DNA of 64,000 bases. Origin: Waterburya sp. Its GTDB lineage: Bacteria; Cyanobacteriota; Cyanobacteriia; Cyanobacteriales; Xenococcaceae. A program made the translations under genes and the position numbers. Under the pieces are notes generated by a model. That model was not told where the DNA came from. It did no database searches and saw nothing but the letters and a program-made list of their open reading frames with translations. The number at the start of each line of letters is the position of its first letter. Position 1 is the first letter of the stretch. The DNA lies in assembly GCA_965217895.1 (NCBI GenBank), contig CBDCJV010000002.1, positions 3,552,001 through 3,616,000 of the forward strand, written 5' to 3'. Positions 31,376 to 42,014 of the stretch are shown one piece after another.

Positions 31376-31557
31376 TGCTTGGTTTTATTTGGTTAACAAA
31401 TCTTTACCTTTGTATTGTAGTAGTTTTTCTTTGGATGAACCATTTAACAAGGTCGGTTTTTTTAATAAATAAGCTCGTCGTTAGTAGTTGGTAGATAACA
31501 GGTAGTTGATATCCGACTACGAACGACAGACTACGAACTACAAACTCTTTGATAAAA

Positions 31558-31962
31558 CTATGATTTTTGATGATGCACTTCAATTACCGTGTGAACATTG
31601 CCTCTGGGGGTAAAGTCGCCTTTGACAGTTGCCTCAAGCGGATCGCAAGCAGCCACAAAATCGTCTAAAATTTGATTTACTACTTCCTCATGGGGAATAT
31701 AGCGATCGCGATAGCTATTGATATAAAGCTTTAAGCCTTTTAGTTCTACTACTGTTCGATCGGGTGAGTAGGTAAGATAAATCGTCGCAAAATCAGGATA
31801 GCCAGAAAAAGGACACTTACAGGTGAATTCTGGCAGAGTAATATTTATATCGTATTTACGACCAATTCTGGGGTTGGGAAAGGTAATTAATTCGCCTTCG
31901 GCGATCGCTCTTTCCCCATATTTCATTTCGTCTTCGGTGATCGATTCTGGAGAAGTTGTCAT
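31558..31962 (-). CDS. queF: 7-cyano-7-deazaguanine reductase
   Basis: PEFTCKCPFSGYPDFA, VELKGLKLY, HEE. Confidence 0.95.
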   Translation of the reverse strand: MTTSPESITEDEMKYGERAIAEGELITFPNPRIGRKYDINITLPEFTCKCPFSGYPDFATIYLTYSPDRTVVELKGLKLYINSYRDRYIPHEEVVNQILDDFVAACDPLEATVKGDFTPRGNVHTVIEVHHQKS

Positions 31963-32119
31963 AAAAAACTGCTAAGTAAACCTCATTTTATTTTAATACT
32001 TGTATTAAGGAGATTTATCTTGAGGGATTAATTCTACACCTCTGATATGAATTAGAAATGTTCAATCTTGCCGTTTTATTTGAAATTTGAAATTTGTCTT
32101 TAAAACCATAACTGAATAT

Positions 32120-32176
32120 TGGGGGACTAGCCCCCCAAACCCCCCATTGGGGACGTTACGCCCTCCCCAAGCCCCT
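32120..32176. repeat. GC-rich palindromic dispersed repeat
   Basis: GGGGGACTAGCCCCCC and GGGGACGTTACGCCCTCCCC. The latter recurs as GGGGACGTGACGACCCTCCCC at about 41914. Confidence 0.6.
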
Positions 32177-32372
32177 GACGTAAACATTAACCTCGATTTT
32201 CTGCTCTATTAACTAGAGTCTCATCATCTACAATAAATAGTAAAATTTACCTAAACTCAACTTGTAAAAAGAATCTTTCTATATAAATATCAAAAATTCC
32301 GATGAATTTACTGTAAAAAGGTTAATTCACATCAAGCGTTTTATCGAAAGATAAAAATAGTAATTTCCATAA

Positions 32373-32948
32373 TCAACCTACAGGAGAAAACTGGCTCATG
32401 GAATTAATCAGGCGATCAAAATAGGGTTCAAGCGCAGTTTGCTGTGCTAGTGCGATTTTTTGTAGACTAAACAGCTTTAACTGCTCTAAGCCTAAAATCA
32501 TGGCATCTAAAGGAACTTCTAATTCTTGATAAAGTTGCTCCATGTATTGCAAACCGCGATCGCTTGTATAATCTACTGATTGACCGCTAATGCCATAGGT
32601 AATGCAGCGTAAAAAATGCCAAAAATCGCGCCAGCAAGCCTCAGCACGCATTGGCGGATATAAGCCACCTCCAGGCTCGGTAATCTGGGGATTTGCTGCC
32701 AAAACCACGCTCCTAGCTTGAGAAACTATCTCTTCAGCGTTGTCCCGCAATAGTTTTCCCTGTGCCAAACTTGTTGATAAGTTTGGTAATACCTTTTGAA
32801 CCTGCTCTATATCTTCATCCGTCAAATATCGCCCTTCATCATCCGCCTGCTTAAAAATTTCAACTACTTCTAAAGGATAATTCTGCCAGCTATCAAAGCT
32901 AACTATGCGAGATTTTTTGATTAGTTCTTTTACTTTGTCACTGAGCAT
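32373..32948 (-). CDS. Allophycocyanin-like phycobiliprotein (AplA-type)
   Basis: ADDEGRYL, PGGGLYP..RAEACWRD..FLRCITYG globin-fold biliprotein motifs, with an N-terminal extension. Confidence 0.8.
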   Translation of the reverse strand: MLSDKVKELIKKSRIVSFDSWQNYPLEVVEIFKQADDEGRYLTDEDIEQVQKVLPNLSTSLAQGKLLRDNAEEIVSQARSVVLAANPQITEPGGGLYPPMRAEACWRDFWHFLRCITYGISGQSVDYTSDRGLQYMEQLYQELEVPLDAMILGLEQLKLFSLQKIALAQQTALEPYFDRLINSMSQFSPVG

Positions 32949-33061
32949 TTTTAGATTTAATCTTACATTTATAGAGATAATGACTTATCTATTTATATCT
33001 TTCTCTAGATAGCCAATTATTGAACCCAATGTAAAGTAAAGTTAAGATGTGATTCATTTTT

Positions 33062-33724
33062 TTGCTTATGGATATAAAACAAATTAAGGCTGCTTTAGAC
33101 GACTCCAATCCGCAGCTAAGAATGAAAGGGATTAGAGAGTTACGCAATTATGAATCAGACATTGCTGCTCCTCTACTTTTAGCTCATGTTGACGATCAAG
33201 AATTTTTGGTGCGCTCTTTTGTGGCTATGGGATTAGGCAGAAAGAAAAGCGATGATTCTTACACTGCCTTGTTGAAAATGATGAAATCAGACAAAGATCC
33301 TAATGTGCGAGCCGAAGCAGCCAATTCTTTATCATTTTATGGCGATCGCGCAGTAACTCACTTAAGAAAAATGTATGAAGAGGACAATCACTGGCTAGTG
33401 CGTAGAAGTATTATTGCAGCGATCGCTGATTTAAATTCTCCCCAAGAGCTATTAGAAATCTGTGCCATTGGTTTATCAGGAGATGATGAGCCTGTCATGG
33501 AGTCCTGTATTAGCGGTTTAGGTCTTTTAGCCAAAACAGAGCAACGAACAGAAGCCTTAAAATTACTTTTACCTTGGGCAGATGACGAATCTTGGCGAAT
33601 ACGACTTCAGGTAGCCAAATCTTTGAAGCAATTTGAGGCTCAAACAGCCATCACGACTTTAAATAAGCTTAAGCAGGATCGGGATCATCGGGTAGTAGGA
33701 GCAGTACTAGACAGTTTACTGTAA
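33062..33724 (+). CDS. HEAT-repeat PBS lyase-like protein (NblB/CpcE-like)
   Basis: Repeated D....VRAEAANSL-type HEAT motifs. Confidence 0.8.
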   Translation: MLMDIKQIKAALDDSNPQLRMKGIRELRNYESDIAAPLLLAHVDDQEFLVRSFVAMGLGRKKSDDSYTALLKMMKSDKDPNVRAEAANSLSFYGDRAVTHLRKMYEEDNHWLVRRSIIAAIADLNSPQELLEICAIGLSGDDEPVMESCISGLGLLAKTEQRTEALKLLLPWADDESWRIRLQVAKSLKQFEAQTAITTLNKLKQDRDHRVVGAVLDSLL

Positions 33725-33824
33725 TCTTTAGATAATACGCATTTTCTCAATCAAAATAAATAAATAATGGACTCTTTGATAAAATCATTAGAGAAACATT
33801 AATAAATATTACAAAATTCCTTAA

Positions 33825-34805
33825 ATGAAATTATTGGTAGTTGGCGCGACAGGCACTTTGGGTAGACAGGTGGCTCGTCAGGCTTTAGATGAAGATCATG
33901 AGGTACGCTGTTTAGTACGTAACCCCAACAAAGCGATTTTCCTCAAAGAATGGGGAGCAGAATTAGTCAAAGGCGATCTATGTGACAAATCAACCCTTGC
34001 CTCGGCTTTAGAGGGGGTAGATGCTGTTATTGATGCTGCTACCGCCAGAATTAGCGATAATCTCAGCGTAAAGGAAGTTGACTGGCAAGGCAAAGTTAAT
34101 TTAATCCAGGCAACTAAAGCTGCTGGTGTCAATAAATATATCTTTTTCTCTATTCTTAATGCCCAAAAGCACCCTGAAGTCCCTTTGATGAACATTAAGC
34201 ACTGTACAGAGCTTTTTTTAGCTGAATCTGGCTTAAACTATACAGTTTTAAGGCTTGCTGGTTTTATGCAGGGTTTGATTAGTCAATATGCAATTCCAAT
34301 TTTAGAAGATCAGGTTGTCTGGGTGACAGGAGAAAGTACTCCTATTGCTTATATGAATACTCAAGACATTGCTAAGTTTGCTATTCGTGCTTTATCAGTA
34401 CCTGAAACCGAAAACAAAACTTTTCCAGTGGTGGGATCTAAAGCTTGGACTGCTTCGGAAATTATGAACCTGTGTGAAAATCTGGCTGACAAAAGATCGA
34501 AAATATCTCGTGTATCTCTTGGTATATTAAGTTTAATGCGCCGTATCACTCGCTTTTGTGAATGGGGACAAAACACCGCAGATCGCCTGACTTTCGCTGA
34601 GGTATTAGCAAGTGGAGAACCTTTAAATGCGCCAATGCAAGAAGTTTACGCTACCTTTGGTTTAGACGAAAAGGAAACGACCACTTTAGAAGAATATATG
34701 AAAGAGTACTTCACTCGCATTATGAAGAAGCTCAAAGAGATTGATTACGAGAAAAATAAAGGTAAGAAGAAGAAAGGCAAAATACCTTATCGAAACCAGT
34801 TTTAA
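33825..34805 (+). CDS. ycf39: Ycf39-like atypical SDR (PSII assembly)
   Basis: GATGTLGRQ, FLKEWGAELV.GDL, VPLMNIK, QYAIPILE, AYMNTQDIAKF. Confidence 0.88.
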   Translation: MKLLVVGATGTLGRQVARQALDEDHEVRCLVRNPNKAIFLKEWGAELVKGDLCDKSTLASALEGVDAVIDAATARISDNLSVKEVDWQGKVNLIQATKAAGVNKYIFFSILNAQKHPEVPLMNIKHCTELFLAESGLNYTVLRLAGFMQGLISQYAIPILEDQVVWVTGESTPIAYMNTQDIAKFAIRALSVPETENKTFPVVGSKAWTASEIMNLCENLADKRSKISRVSLGILSLMRRITRFCEWGQNTADRLTFAEVLASGEPLNAPMQEVYATFGLDEKETTTLEEYMKEYFTRIMKKLKEIDYEKNKGKKKKGKIPYRNQF

Positions 34806-34937
34806 TCAATAAACAATAATCGATGATCAATAGAGGCGTGATATTTCACGCTTTTATAAAAATCAATGGTTTGCTAAGTTTTTATTACCAGCTATTGTAG
34901 GGTGTGTTTCTCTAAGTTCATCAGGCATTCTAATTTC

Positions 34938-35846
34938 TTAGGTAACATCAATCTGAGATAAAAACTCTGCTGCGCCCTTAACCCCAGGATCGAGATAAAA
35001 AATAGAGCCAGCTAAGTTATCTTTAGTTGAGCGATTTTGTCCTCCTGCGGTGGTGATATAAAGTCTGCTATAATCAGCACCACCAAAAGTCAAGCTACTA
35101 ACTTGAGCTGTAGGAAAGGGAATACGCAACACTTCTTCTCCCTCTGGACTATAGCGAAAGATATGTCCCCCGTTCCAACGAGCAGACCAAATATATCCTT
35201 CACTGTCCACTGTTAAGCCATCGGGAACACCATCAATTTCTGTAGTTAAAATATGAATTTGAGGGTCGCTTAATTCCCCCGTTGCCAAGTAATATTCAAA
35301 ACGATAAATAGTATGGGTTTCTGAATCTGTAGTATAAAAATACTTGAGGTCTGGAGAAAATCCCATGCCGTTAGGAACAGTTAATCCTCTCATGATGATT
35401 TGTAATGAACCATCCAAATCCAAACGATATAGCGTTCCAGAACATTCGGAAGTGGCTACAGTACCACTATAAACTCTTCCTAAAGGATCGGCGATCGCAT
35501 CATTAAAACGGGTTAATCTCTCAGTAGGAATCTCAGCCACAATAGTCGTGATTTTTCCTTCTTGCCAATGTTCAATTGTGCCTTTAGTTTTAAACAGCAG
35601 CAAAGAACCGTCTTTTTGGATCGTAAAACCGCCCACAGGTTCTCCAGCATAGATTTGCTCAGGTCTTCCTTCATGATTGTAGCGATACATTTTTCCTTGA
35701 GGGATATCTGTCCAGTAAAGACATTGCCCTTGAGGATGCCAAGTAGGGACTTCGGCATTGTGATGAGGATGATTAAGTAAAATTTTTGGCTGTTTAGTTT
35801 TTAAATTCACGATCTTAAAATTGAGGGTTTTTATATGTATAGACAA
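34938..35846 (-). CDS. SMP-30/gluconolactonase family protein
   Basis: LYWTDI, RFNDAIADP.GR, PNGMGFSPD, PDGLTVD. Confidence 0.9.
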   Translation of the reverse strand: MSIHIKTLNFKIVNLKTKQPKILLNHPHHNAEVPTWHPQGQCLYWTDIPQGKMYRYNHEGRPEQIYAGEPVGGFTIQKDGSLLLFKTKGTIEHWQEGKITTIVAEIPTERLTRFNDAIADPLGRVYSGTVATSECSGTLYRLDLDGSLQIIMRGLTVPNGMGFSPDLKYFYTTDSETHTIYRFEYYLATGELSDPQIHILTTEIDGVPDGLTVDSEGYIWSARWNGGHIFRYSPEGEEVLRIPFPTAQVSSLTFGGADYSRLYITTAGGQNRSTKDNLAGSIFYLDPGVKGAAEFLSQIDVT

Positions 35847-35920
35847 TCAAAACCCGTCATGATTTATGTTTAAACAACAATTTAATATAGGTTAATAATC
35901 CATTTGCTGTGGATATAATT

Positions 35921-36793
35921 TTATTGCTCTTCAGTTACCAGCAAAACAGATTTAATCGGTCTTTGAATCTTATTTCCTTCTTTGTCTACTCTGCCATAAA
36001 CTGCTTGACCATCGTAATACAAAGAAGCAGAACTTCCTCCATCCAGATTCATTGCTTTGACTGCACCAAGACTAGACAAAAAATTAGCAAATTCTGGTAA
36101 AGATATACCTGAATCAAGAGGTTGTTCTGGCTGCTGCGCCACCATAGCTAGAATTACATCGCCATTGTCCGTAATCCCGACTGCGCTTCTGGCATTTAAA
36201 CTATCACTACCGATCGCGTCACGGATTTTTTCGCCATCTTGATAAGCAGTAAACCCCTCGGCGACAGAAGTATCTTTGGGTAATAAACCAGGACCTCCTC
36301 CTAAAGACGCTTTTAATGTACAATTAGAAAGTATGGGTGCAAAATGTAACTGAATATCGTATTGTGTCTGTTCTCCACATTTGTAGCGACGAAACTCAGT
36401 ACGGTTAAATATTTTCCCTAAATATGGTTTTAAATCTGGATTGTCTACCAGCCTTTCATTAAAACGCGGATCGGCGACAATCTTTGATTCTTGAGTAATA
36501 AAGGAAGTGGTCTTTTGATTTACAGGATCGAAGTAACCGCCATTGATAGCTGCAACAAGGTTATCTTTATCTTCTACAAACTCTTGAATAGATTGGAGTT
36601 GGCCTGAAATTTTAGGAGCAACAATATAATTACTGTTGTGAGGAATAGTAATAGTATGGATCGTATGTTGCGATCGCTTTATTACATCATAACGAATTTG
36701 ATTATCTGAAGCTAGAGATAGATTGTTGACGCTAAAAGATAAAATTAAGCCAAGAACACTTAATCCTAAAAATATCCATCCCGTTCTTTTCAT
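35921..36793 (-). CDS. Phosphodiester glycosidase (NAGPA-like) family, exported
   Basis: AAINGGYF, ARSAVG, AMNLDGGSS. Confidence 0.85.
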   Translation of the reverse strand: MKRTGWIFLGLSVLGLILSFSVNNLSLASDNQIRYDVIKRSQHTIHTITIPHNSNYIVAPKISGQLQSIQEFVEDKDNLVAAINGGYFDPVNQKTTSFITQESKIVADPRFNERLVDNPDLKPYLGKIFNRTEFRRYKCGEQTQYDIQLHFAPILSNCTLKASLGGGPGLLPKDTSVAEGFTAYQDGEKIRDAIGSDSLNARSAVGITDNGDVILAMVAQQPEQPLDSGISLPEFANFLSSLGAVKAMNLDGGSSASLYYDGQAVYGRVDKEGNKIQRPIKSVLLVTEEQ

Positions 36794-36833
36794 TACTTAT
36801 TACTCATTACTTATTACTCAACCACGGAAACTA

Positions 36834-37064
36834 CTAAGATTTCGGATAGTAAATCAACCCCACACCTACTTTATTCTTGCGGGTGAAAATAGCTTCAGAA
36901 GAAATCAAGTCTTTGAGACAAACCTGAATCATAGAAACAGGACGATTAACAATTTTGCTAATTTCTTTAATAGTTATACCAGTATTTCTCGCCTGAATTA
37001 TCTGTAAAATTTGTTCATGAGTGCTAATGCCAGGAGTTGAACTGATAATATTAATTTCTATCAC
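36834..37064 (-). CDS. Small winged helix-turn-helix protein
   Basis: GITIKEISKIVNRPVSMIQVCLKDL HTH-like segment. Confidence 0.6.
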   Translation of the reverse strand: MIEINIISSTPGISTHEQILQIIQARNTGITIKEISKIVNRPVSMIQVCLKDLISSEAIFTRKNKVGVGLIYYPKS

Positions 37065-37331
37065 TGACTAATATCTCCTTGGTCATTAATTAAGCTAATT
37101 GCCAGAAACTTAATTTGGTAAAAATAAAATAACGGACACAACATATAGTTATGCCCGCAGTTATATCCGCTATTCTTATTAACGACTACAGTAAATCTAC
37201 CTAGAGTGAAAAAATTTACGTAGGCTTTATAATGATGCAGTTTAAAATGACAGTAAGCAGCTAAAAAATTGCCAAAATCACGAAGGTTTTATCAATCTGC
37301 GATCATTGATCAAGCAAGTATTAGCCCTAAT

Positions 37332-37625
37332 TAGGGCTTGCTGAATAAGTTAAAACCATCTATTTATCTCTCTTCTGTCAGTCTAGGCAGAATTAAATAT
37401 AAAACCGAATAAGCAAGATTTTACTTCCTACCTCCTACTTTTTACTCCCTGCGGGGGATACCCCTTGGCTACTTACGAGTAATTAAATTTTCTGTTCTGT
37501 CTTGGTGCGCGTACATGCGGAAGTGCGCCTTTGTCTTGCGCCTGTGGTTTCCCAGGCGTTTATGTCGCCCGTCAAACTGTCTCACCCTTTAGGGGGTAGC
37601 ACCGCTAACCGATTAACGTACTGCG
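37332..37625. repeat. Cluster of MITE ends and GC-rich dispersed repeats
   Basis: AGGGCTTGCTGAATAAG resembles the inverted end at 43556-43575. CCCTTTAGGGGG is shared with 9669, 41948 and 56743. Confidence 0.5.
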
Positions 37626-37632
37626 ATATTTC

Positions 37633-38577
37633 TTAGTCCACAAGACTAAGCAAAGCGCATTCCCAAACAAGACGAGGCTGCACATAACTCAAGAGATATT
37701 GACGAGTTTTTTCCCACTGGTGCATCAAATTGCTTTGTTGGTTTTGCTGCCAATAGTAATATTGCAGATAGTCTATTAACCAAAGTTGAGTTGGCGAATC
37801 CAGCTCGTTAGTGATTGTTTGGGCTAATTGCATAGCCTGTAGAGGAGTTTTAATTGACTGTTTGAGTTGGTACAGTAGTTGCTCTGGAATTGTCTGTAGC
37901 TGATTCCAGGCAGCGATCGCTTTTCCTGGACTTCCTTGGGCGATCGCTATTAGCTCAGGGTATTCAAGAATTGTCTGATAGCCTTGATTTACAAGTATTG
38001 TTTTTAAGTTAGCTTCAGATAGAGAATAAAACTGAATACGCTGGCAGCGCGATACTAATGTACTTAATAATAGATCCGCATCAGGAGCAATCAAAATTAG
38101 GGTGGCTTTACCTGGCTCTTCTAAGGTTTTTAGTAAGGCATTAGCTGGTGCTTCTGCCATAGTTTGAGAATCTTCAATAACTACAACCTTTCTCTTCGCT
38201 TCAAGTATAGGGCGATGAAGAAATTGAGTCAGACTACGAATTTGCTCAATCCGAATTTTGGGAGGTGTTTTGTATTGCAAACCCTGTTCGGCAGCTTGTT
38301 TAGCGGTATACAATTCACCTTTATTAAGGTATGTAGGCTCGACCCAAAGCAAGTCTGGATGATTCCCTGTTGCTAGTTTTCTGACAACCATAGGTAGCTT
38401 TTGGGTAGTTAAACCCATACTAAGCAATAGCCGAGCAAAACTTTTCGCAGTCATACTGCGTCCAATACCCGAAGAGCCACAAAACAAATAGGCTGGGGCA
38501 ATGCGGTCTAGCTTTATCGCCTGTTGTAATAATTCAACCGCTTTATCTTGACCCAGTAAACCATCAAAAACATCCAT
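37633..38577 (-). CDS. holB: DNA polymerase III delta' subunit
   Basis: NHPDLLWVEP, AANALLKTLEEP-like motif, SRCQ. Confidence 0.93.
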   Translation of the reverse strand: MDVFDGLLGQDKAVELLQQAIKLDRIAPAYLFCGSSGIGRSMTAKSFARLLLSMGLTTQKLPMVVRKLATGNHPDLLWVEPTYLNKGELYTAKQAAEQGLQYKTPPKIRIEQIRSLTQFLHRPILEAKRKVVVIEDSQTMAEAPANALLKTLEEPGKATLILIAPDADLLLSTLVSRCQRIQFYSLSEANLKTILVNQGYQTILEYPELIAIAQGSPGKAIAAWNQLQTIPEQLLYQLKQSIKTPLQAMQLAQTITNELDSPTQLWLIDYLQYYYWQQNQQSNLMHQWEKTRQYLLSYVQPRLVWECALLSLVD

Positions 38578-38739
38578 TCCTCACTCATTAAGTATATAGA
38601 CAGAAATAACTACAGTTAATTGTTAATGAAGTATAAAGTATGAAGTAAAAAGTAAAAAGTAACTCACCTCTGACCTCTGACTTCGAGCATTAACGTTGAA
38701 TTTAATTTTGTCCGAACCGTTGTTACCTATTACTTGCAT

Positions 38740-39177
38740 CTACTCTCCTTCTTCATCTACATCAATCATGGCAGGGTCAATTAAGGTAATGTCATAGGGA
38801 TCGTCAGGGGGAATAGTCGGAAAAATATCATATTCACGATACTGATATACTGCTTCTACCTGAGGACCAAAAATAACTTTATCGCCATGCTTTAGATCGT
38901 GAAACCTAACTTTTCTACCGTTAATCAATAACCCATTGACGCTGGTATTGCCTTCGGAGTCACCATCAATAAGCCGATAGCAATTACGCTCTTCTTCTTT
39001 TCGTCTAACTAAAGTAGCGTGATGACGAGATACAAATTGAGATTGCAGTACAATACTGCACTGCATACCTCGCCCCAAAGAATAAACTTCATCTTTAAGC
39101 TTTATTTCTCGGTGTCCTTTGCCATCAGTAACAATTAAGATATGCTCTTCTCGATGTATTACAGGTTTTGCAGTCAT
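38740..39177 (-). CDS. FHA-domain protein
   Basis: LGR....VSRHHA...SVNG FHA motifs. Confidence 0.9.
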   Translation of the reverse strand: MTAKPVIHREEHILIVTDGKGHREIKLKDEVYSLGRGMQCSIVLQSQFVSRHHATLVRRKEEERNCYRLIDGDSEGNTSVNGLLINGRKVRFHDLKHGDKVIFGPQVEAVYQYREYDIFPTIPPDDPYDITLIDPAMIDVDEEGE

Positions 39178-39248
39178 GAGCCAAGTCTATATTCACCAAC
39201 TTATTGTACCCAGGTTTGTTGCTGAAAATGGTTTTTAGTTATTAGTTA

Positions 39249-41624
39249 TTAGTTTTTGGTAGCAAAATTGAAATTTAATAAAAGAGAGTTAGTCACCACA
39301 ATTAAAGAACTAGATGCCATAGCCAATGCTGCTAAACCAGGAGACAACAGTAAATCATACCGAGGTAATAAAATCCCTGCGGCAATAGGAATAGCAAACA
39401 CATTATATGCCAATGCCCAGACAAGATTTTGCTTGATTTTGTTGACTGTAGCGCGACTAAGCTCAATTGATTCAATCACATCTGCCAGCTTATTTTGCAT
39501 TAAAACAATATCAGCAGTAGCGATCGCCACATCTGTACTGCCTTGGAGAGATATGCCTACATCTGCCTGAGCTAATGCGGGAGCATCATTAATGCCATCG
39601 CCAACCATAGCAACTATTTGACCCTGTTGTTGTAATGACCCAATTACTTTTGCTTTGTCCTCTGGTTTTACCTCGGCAAAAAACTGGGTAATATTTAACT
39701 GTTGGGCAATCCCTTGAGCCACTTCCGAGCGATCGCCAGTGAGCAGGACTGTATTTAAGCCTAATGTTTGTAGCTGACTAATAGTTTCTAGCGCATCAGG
39801 GCGTAAACTATCTTCAATTGCGATTAAACCTTTTAAAACGCCATCTATAGCCAAATAAATGACTGTTTTACCCGATTGGGCAATAAACTGAGCTTTTAAA
39901 TCATGATGCTCACTAACTGTAATCTTATGGGTGGTTAGCCACTGCTGATTTCCTAGCAATACCTTTTTATCGGTAACAACGGCTGATATTCCCTGTCCGA
40001 TAGCAGTATTAAAATCTTTTGTAGCTAAAAATAATAAATCTTTGGCTCTTGCTGCGGTCATGATAGCCTCTGCCAGAGGATGATTGCTACCATTCTCTAC
40101 TGATGCTGCTAGCTGCAACAATTCTTCAGAGGTTAGATCTGCTAAAGGAATACAGTCGGTAACTTGAGGTTGACCACTGGTTAAAGTACCTGTTTTATCA
40201 AAAACTACCGTATCTAGCTTATGAACCTGTTCGAGAATATCTCCGCCTTTAATTAAAATTCCTTTTTCTGCACCAATACTAGTACCGACTAAGATCGCTG
40301 TGGGAGTAGCTAAACCCAAGGCGCAGGGACAGGCAATTACTAGTACAGCGATCGCCAGCTTTAAACTAAGTAATAAAGGCGAAGTTGTTACTGTCATCTC
40401 TGCCATTGCCATAAACATCGAGTGAGATGCGTCCAGTAAGACAGAATCCCAAATTTGTGTGCCAACAAAATACCAGAAGCAAAAGGTTAGAGTCGCGATC
40501 GCCATTACGCCATAGGCAAAATAACCCGCAATAGTATCGGCTAACTGCTGTACTGGTGCTTTGCGGGTTTGAGCATCTTCTACCAAATTGATGATTTTTG
40601 CCAGGGTGGTATCTTGTCCAATACCTGTTACTTCGATGGTGACTACTCCTGAGCGATTAATCGTGCCTGCATAAACTAAATCTGATTTAGCTTTAGCTAC
40701 CGCCACCGATTCTCCTGTAAGCATTGATTCATCTACGGTGCTTTCTCCTGTTATGATCGCTCCATCCACAGGAATTTTTTCTCCTGGTAAAACTCGCAAC
40801 CATTCAGATGGCTTAACTTGTTCTACGGGAATTTCAATCGTCTCGGCGTTATCTTGTTTGCCAATTAAACGAGCAATAGGCGGTTGTAAAGAAACCAGCT
40901 TCTCTAAAGCAGCAGAAGCGCGATTACGAGCTTTCCCTTCTAAAGTACGTCCTAACAAAATAAAGCCCAATAGCATCACAGGCTCGTCAAAAAAACATTC
41001 CCAACCCAATTGAGGCACAAATAAGGCAAAACAGCTAGCTAAATAAGTACTGGTTGTACCTAAGCCAACCAAGGTATTCATGTTAGGCATTCCTTGAGCT
41101 AGGCTACGCCAACCATCAATCAAAAGCGATCGCCCAGGAATTAGTAAAGCCAGGGTTGCCAAGGCAAAATGAACACAAATATTACTTAGTACAGGTATGT
41201 AAGGCAAACCCAGGTGATGTAAATGTCCTATGCCCGAAAAAAGCAGCAATACAGCAGCAGTAATCAGTTGCTGAACTTGTTTTTTTGACTGCTGTTGTCG
41301 TTTTACCTGATTTGACTGGGCGATTTGATAAATACTGAGATCGCTTTGTCGCAATTGACTAGGAAAACCAGTTTTAGTTAACTTCTCGGCTAAAGCTTCT
41401 GGAGCAACGCTTTTAGTCTCGTATTCTACTACCGCTACTTCTGTAATTAGGTTGACCCAGGCAGATACTACACCTAAATTTTGCTCTAGCTGTCTTTCTA
41501 CCGCCTTGACACAGCCAGCACATTTCATCCCCCCTACGTCTAAGGCGATCGTCTTTAGTTCTGATTTGGCTAAGTTAGAATTTACTCGTTCCCGATCTGA
41601 TGGTGATAAGGGAGACTTGACCAT
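39249..41624 (-). CDS. ctaA: Cu(I)-translocating P1B-type ATPase (CtaA-like)
   Basis: GMKCAGC HMA domain, TGES, CPCALGLATP, DKTGT, GDGIND, YN and MASSS. Confidence 0.85.
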   Translation of the reverse strand: MVKSPLSPSDRERVNSNLAKSELKTIALDVGGMKCAGCVKAVERQLEQNLGVVSAWVNLITEVAVVEYETKSVAPEALAEKLTKTGFPSQLRQSDLSIYQIAQSNQVKRQQQSKKQVQQLITAAVLLLFSGIGHLHHLGLPYIPVLSNICVHFALATLALLIPGRSLLIDGWRSLAQGMPNMNTLVGLGTTSTYLASCFALFVPQLGWECFFDEPVMLLGFILLGRTLEGKARNRASAALEKLVSLQPPIARLIGKQDNAETIEIPVEQVKPSEWLRVLPGEKIPVDGAIITGESTVDESMLTGESVAVAKAKSDLVYAGTINRSGVVTIEVTGIGQDTTLAKIINLVEDAQTRKAPVQQLADTIAGYFAYGVMAIATLTFCFWYFVGTQIWDSVLLDASHSMFMAMAEMTVTTSPLLLSLKLAIAVLVIACPCALGLATPTAILVGTSIGAEKGILIKGGDILEQVHKLDTVVFDKTGTLTSGQPQVTDCIPLADLTSEELLQLAASVENGSNHPLAEAIMTAARAKDLLFLATKDFNTAIGQGISAVVTDKKVLLGNQQWLTTHKITVSEHHDLKAQFIAQSGKTVIYLAIDGVLKGLIAIEDSLRPDALETISQLQTLGLNTVLLTGDRSEVAQGIAQQLNITQFFAEVKPEDKAKVIGSLQQQGQIVAMVGDGINDAPALAQADVGISLQGSTDVAIATADIVLMQNKLADVIESIELSRATVNKIKQNLVWALAYNVFAIPIAAGILLPRYDLLLSPGLAALAMASSSLIVVTNSLLLNFNFATKN

Positions 41625-42014
41625 GAATTAAGTAGCTTAAAAAGTTTTGTATCTATAGAAATTCTAATTCAAATGATAGGCAAAATGACTTATTCGTAAG
41701 TTCTAGTAGACGGCAGTGCAAATAAACTACTAGTAGATCTGATGTAAATTAACTTTACTTTGTCTATATTTTAGAGAAAACCTATATTTTTCAGTAAATA
41801 AAAAGATTTATAAAAAAACTCAATTTAGGCAGATTTAACTGCATTATGTGGATTAAAAGTATAGTCAATTCAATTATTGGAAAAACCGATGTTGATGTTT
41901 ACGGAAGGGGTCTGGGGACGTGACGACCCTCCCCAGCAGGCGAGCGACCCCCTAAAGGGTTCGGCGGTATAAACGTCGCAGCAAAGCTACGACGACACGC
42001 CCCCCAAGTTTGGG

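Noticed and set aside
31112..31545. Tandem repeats as a possible CRISPR array
   Set aside because: These are 7-nt tandem units without unique spacers, i.e. ordinary cyanobacterial STRR. No cas genes are present.
31963..32120. preQ1 riboswitch upstream of queF
   Set aside because: I could not find the preQ1 stem-loop plus A-rich tail consensus by eye.
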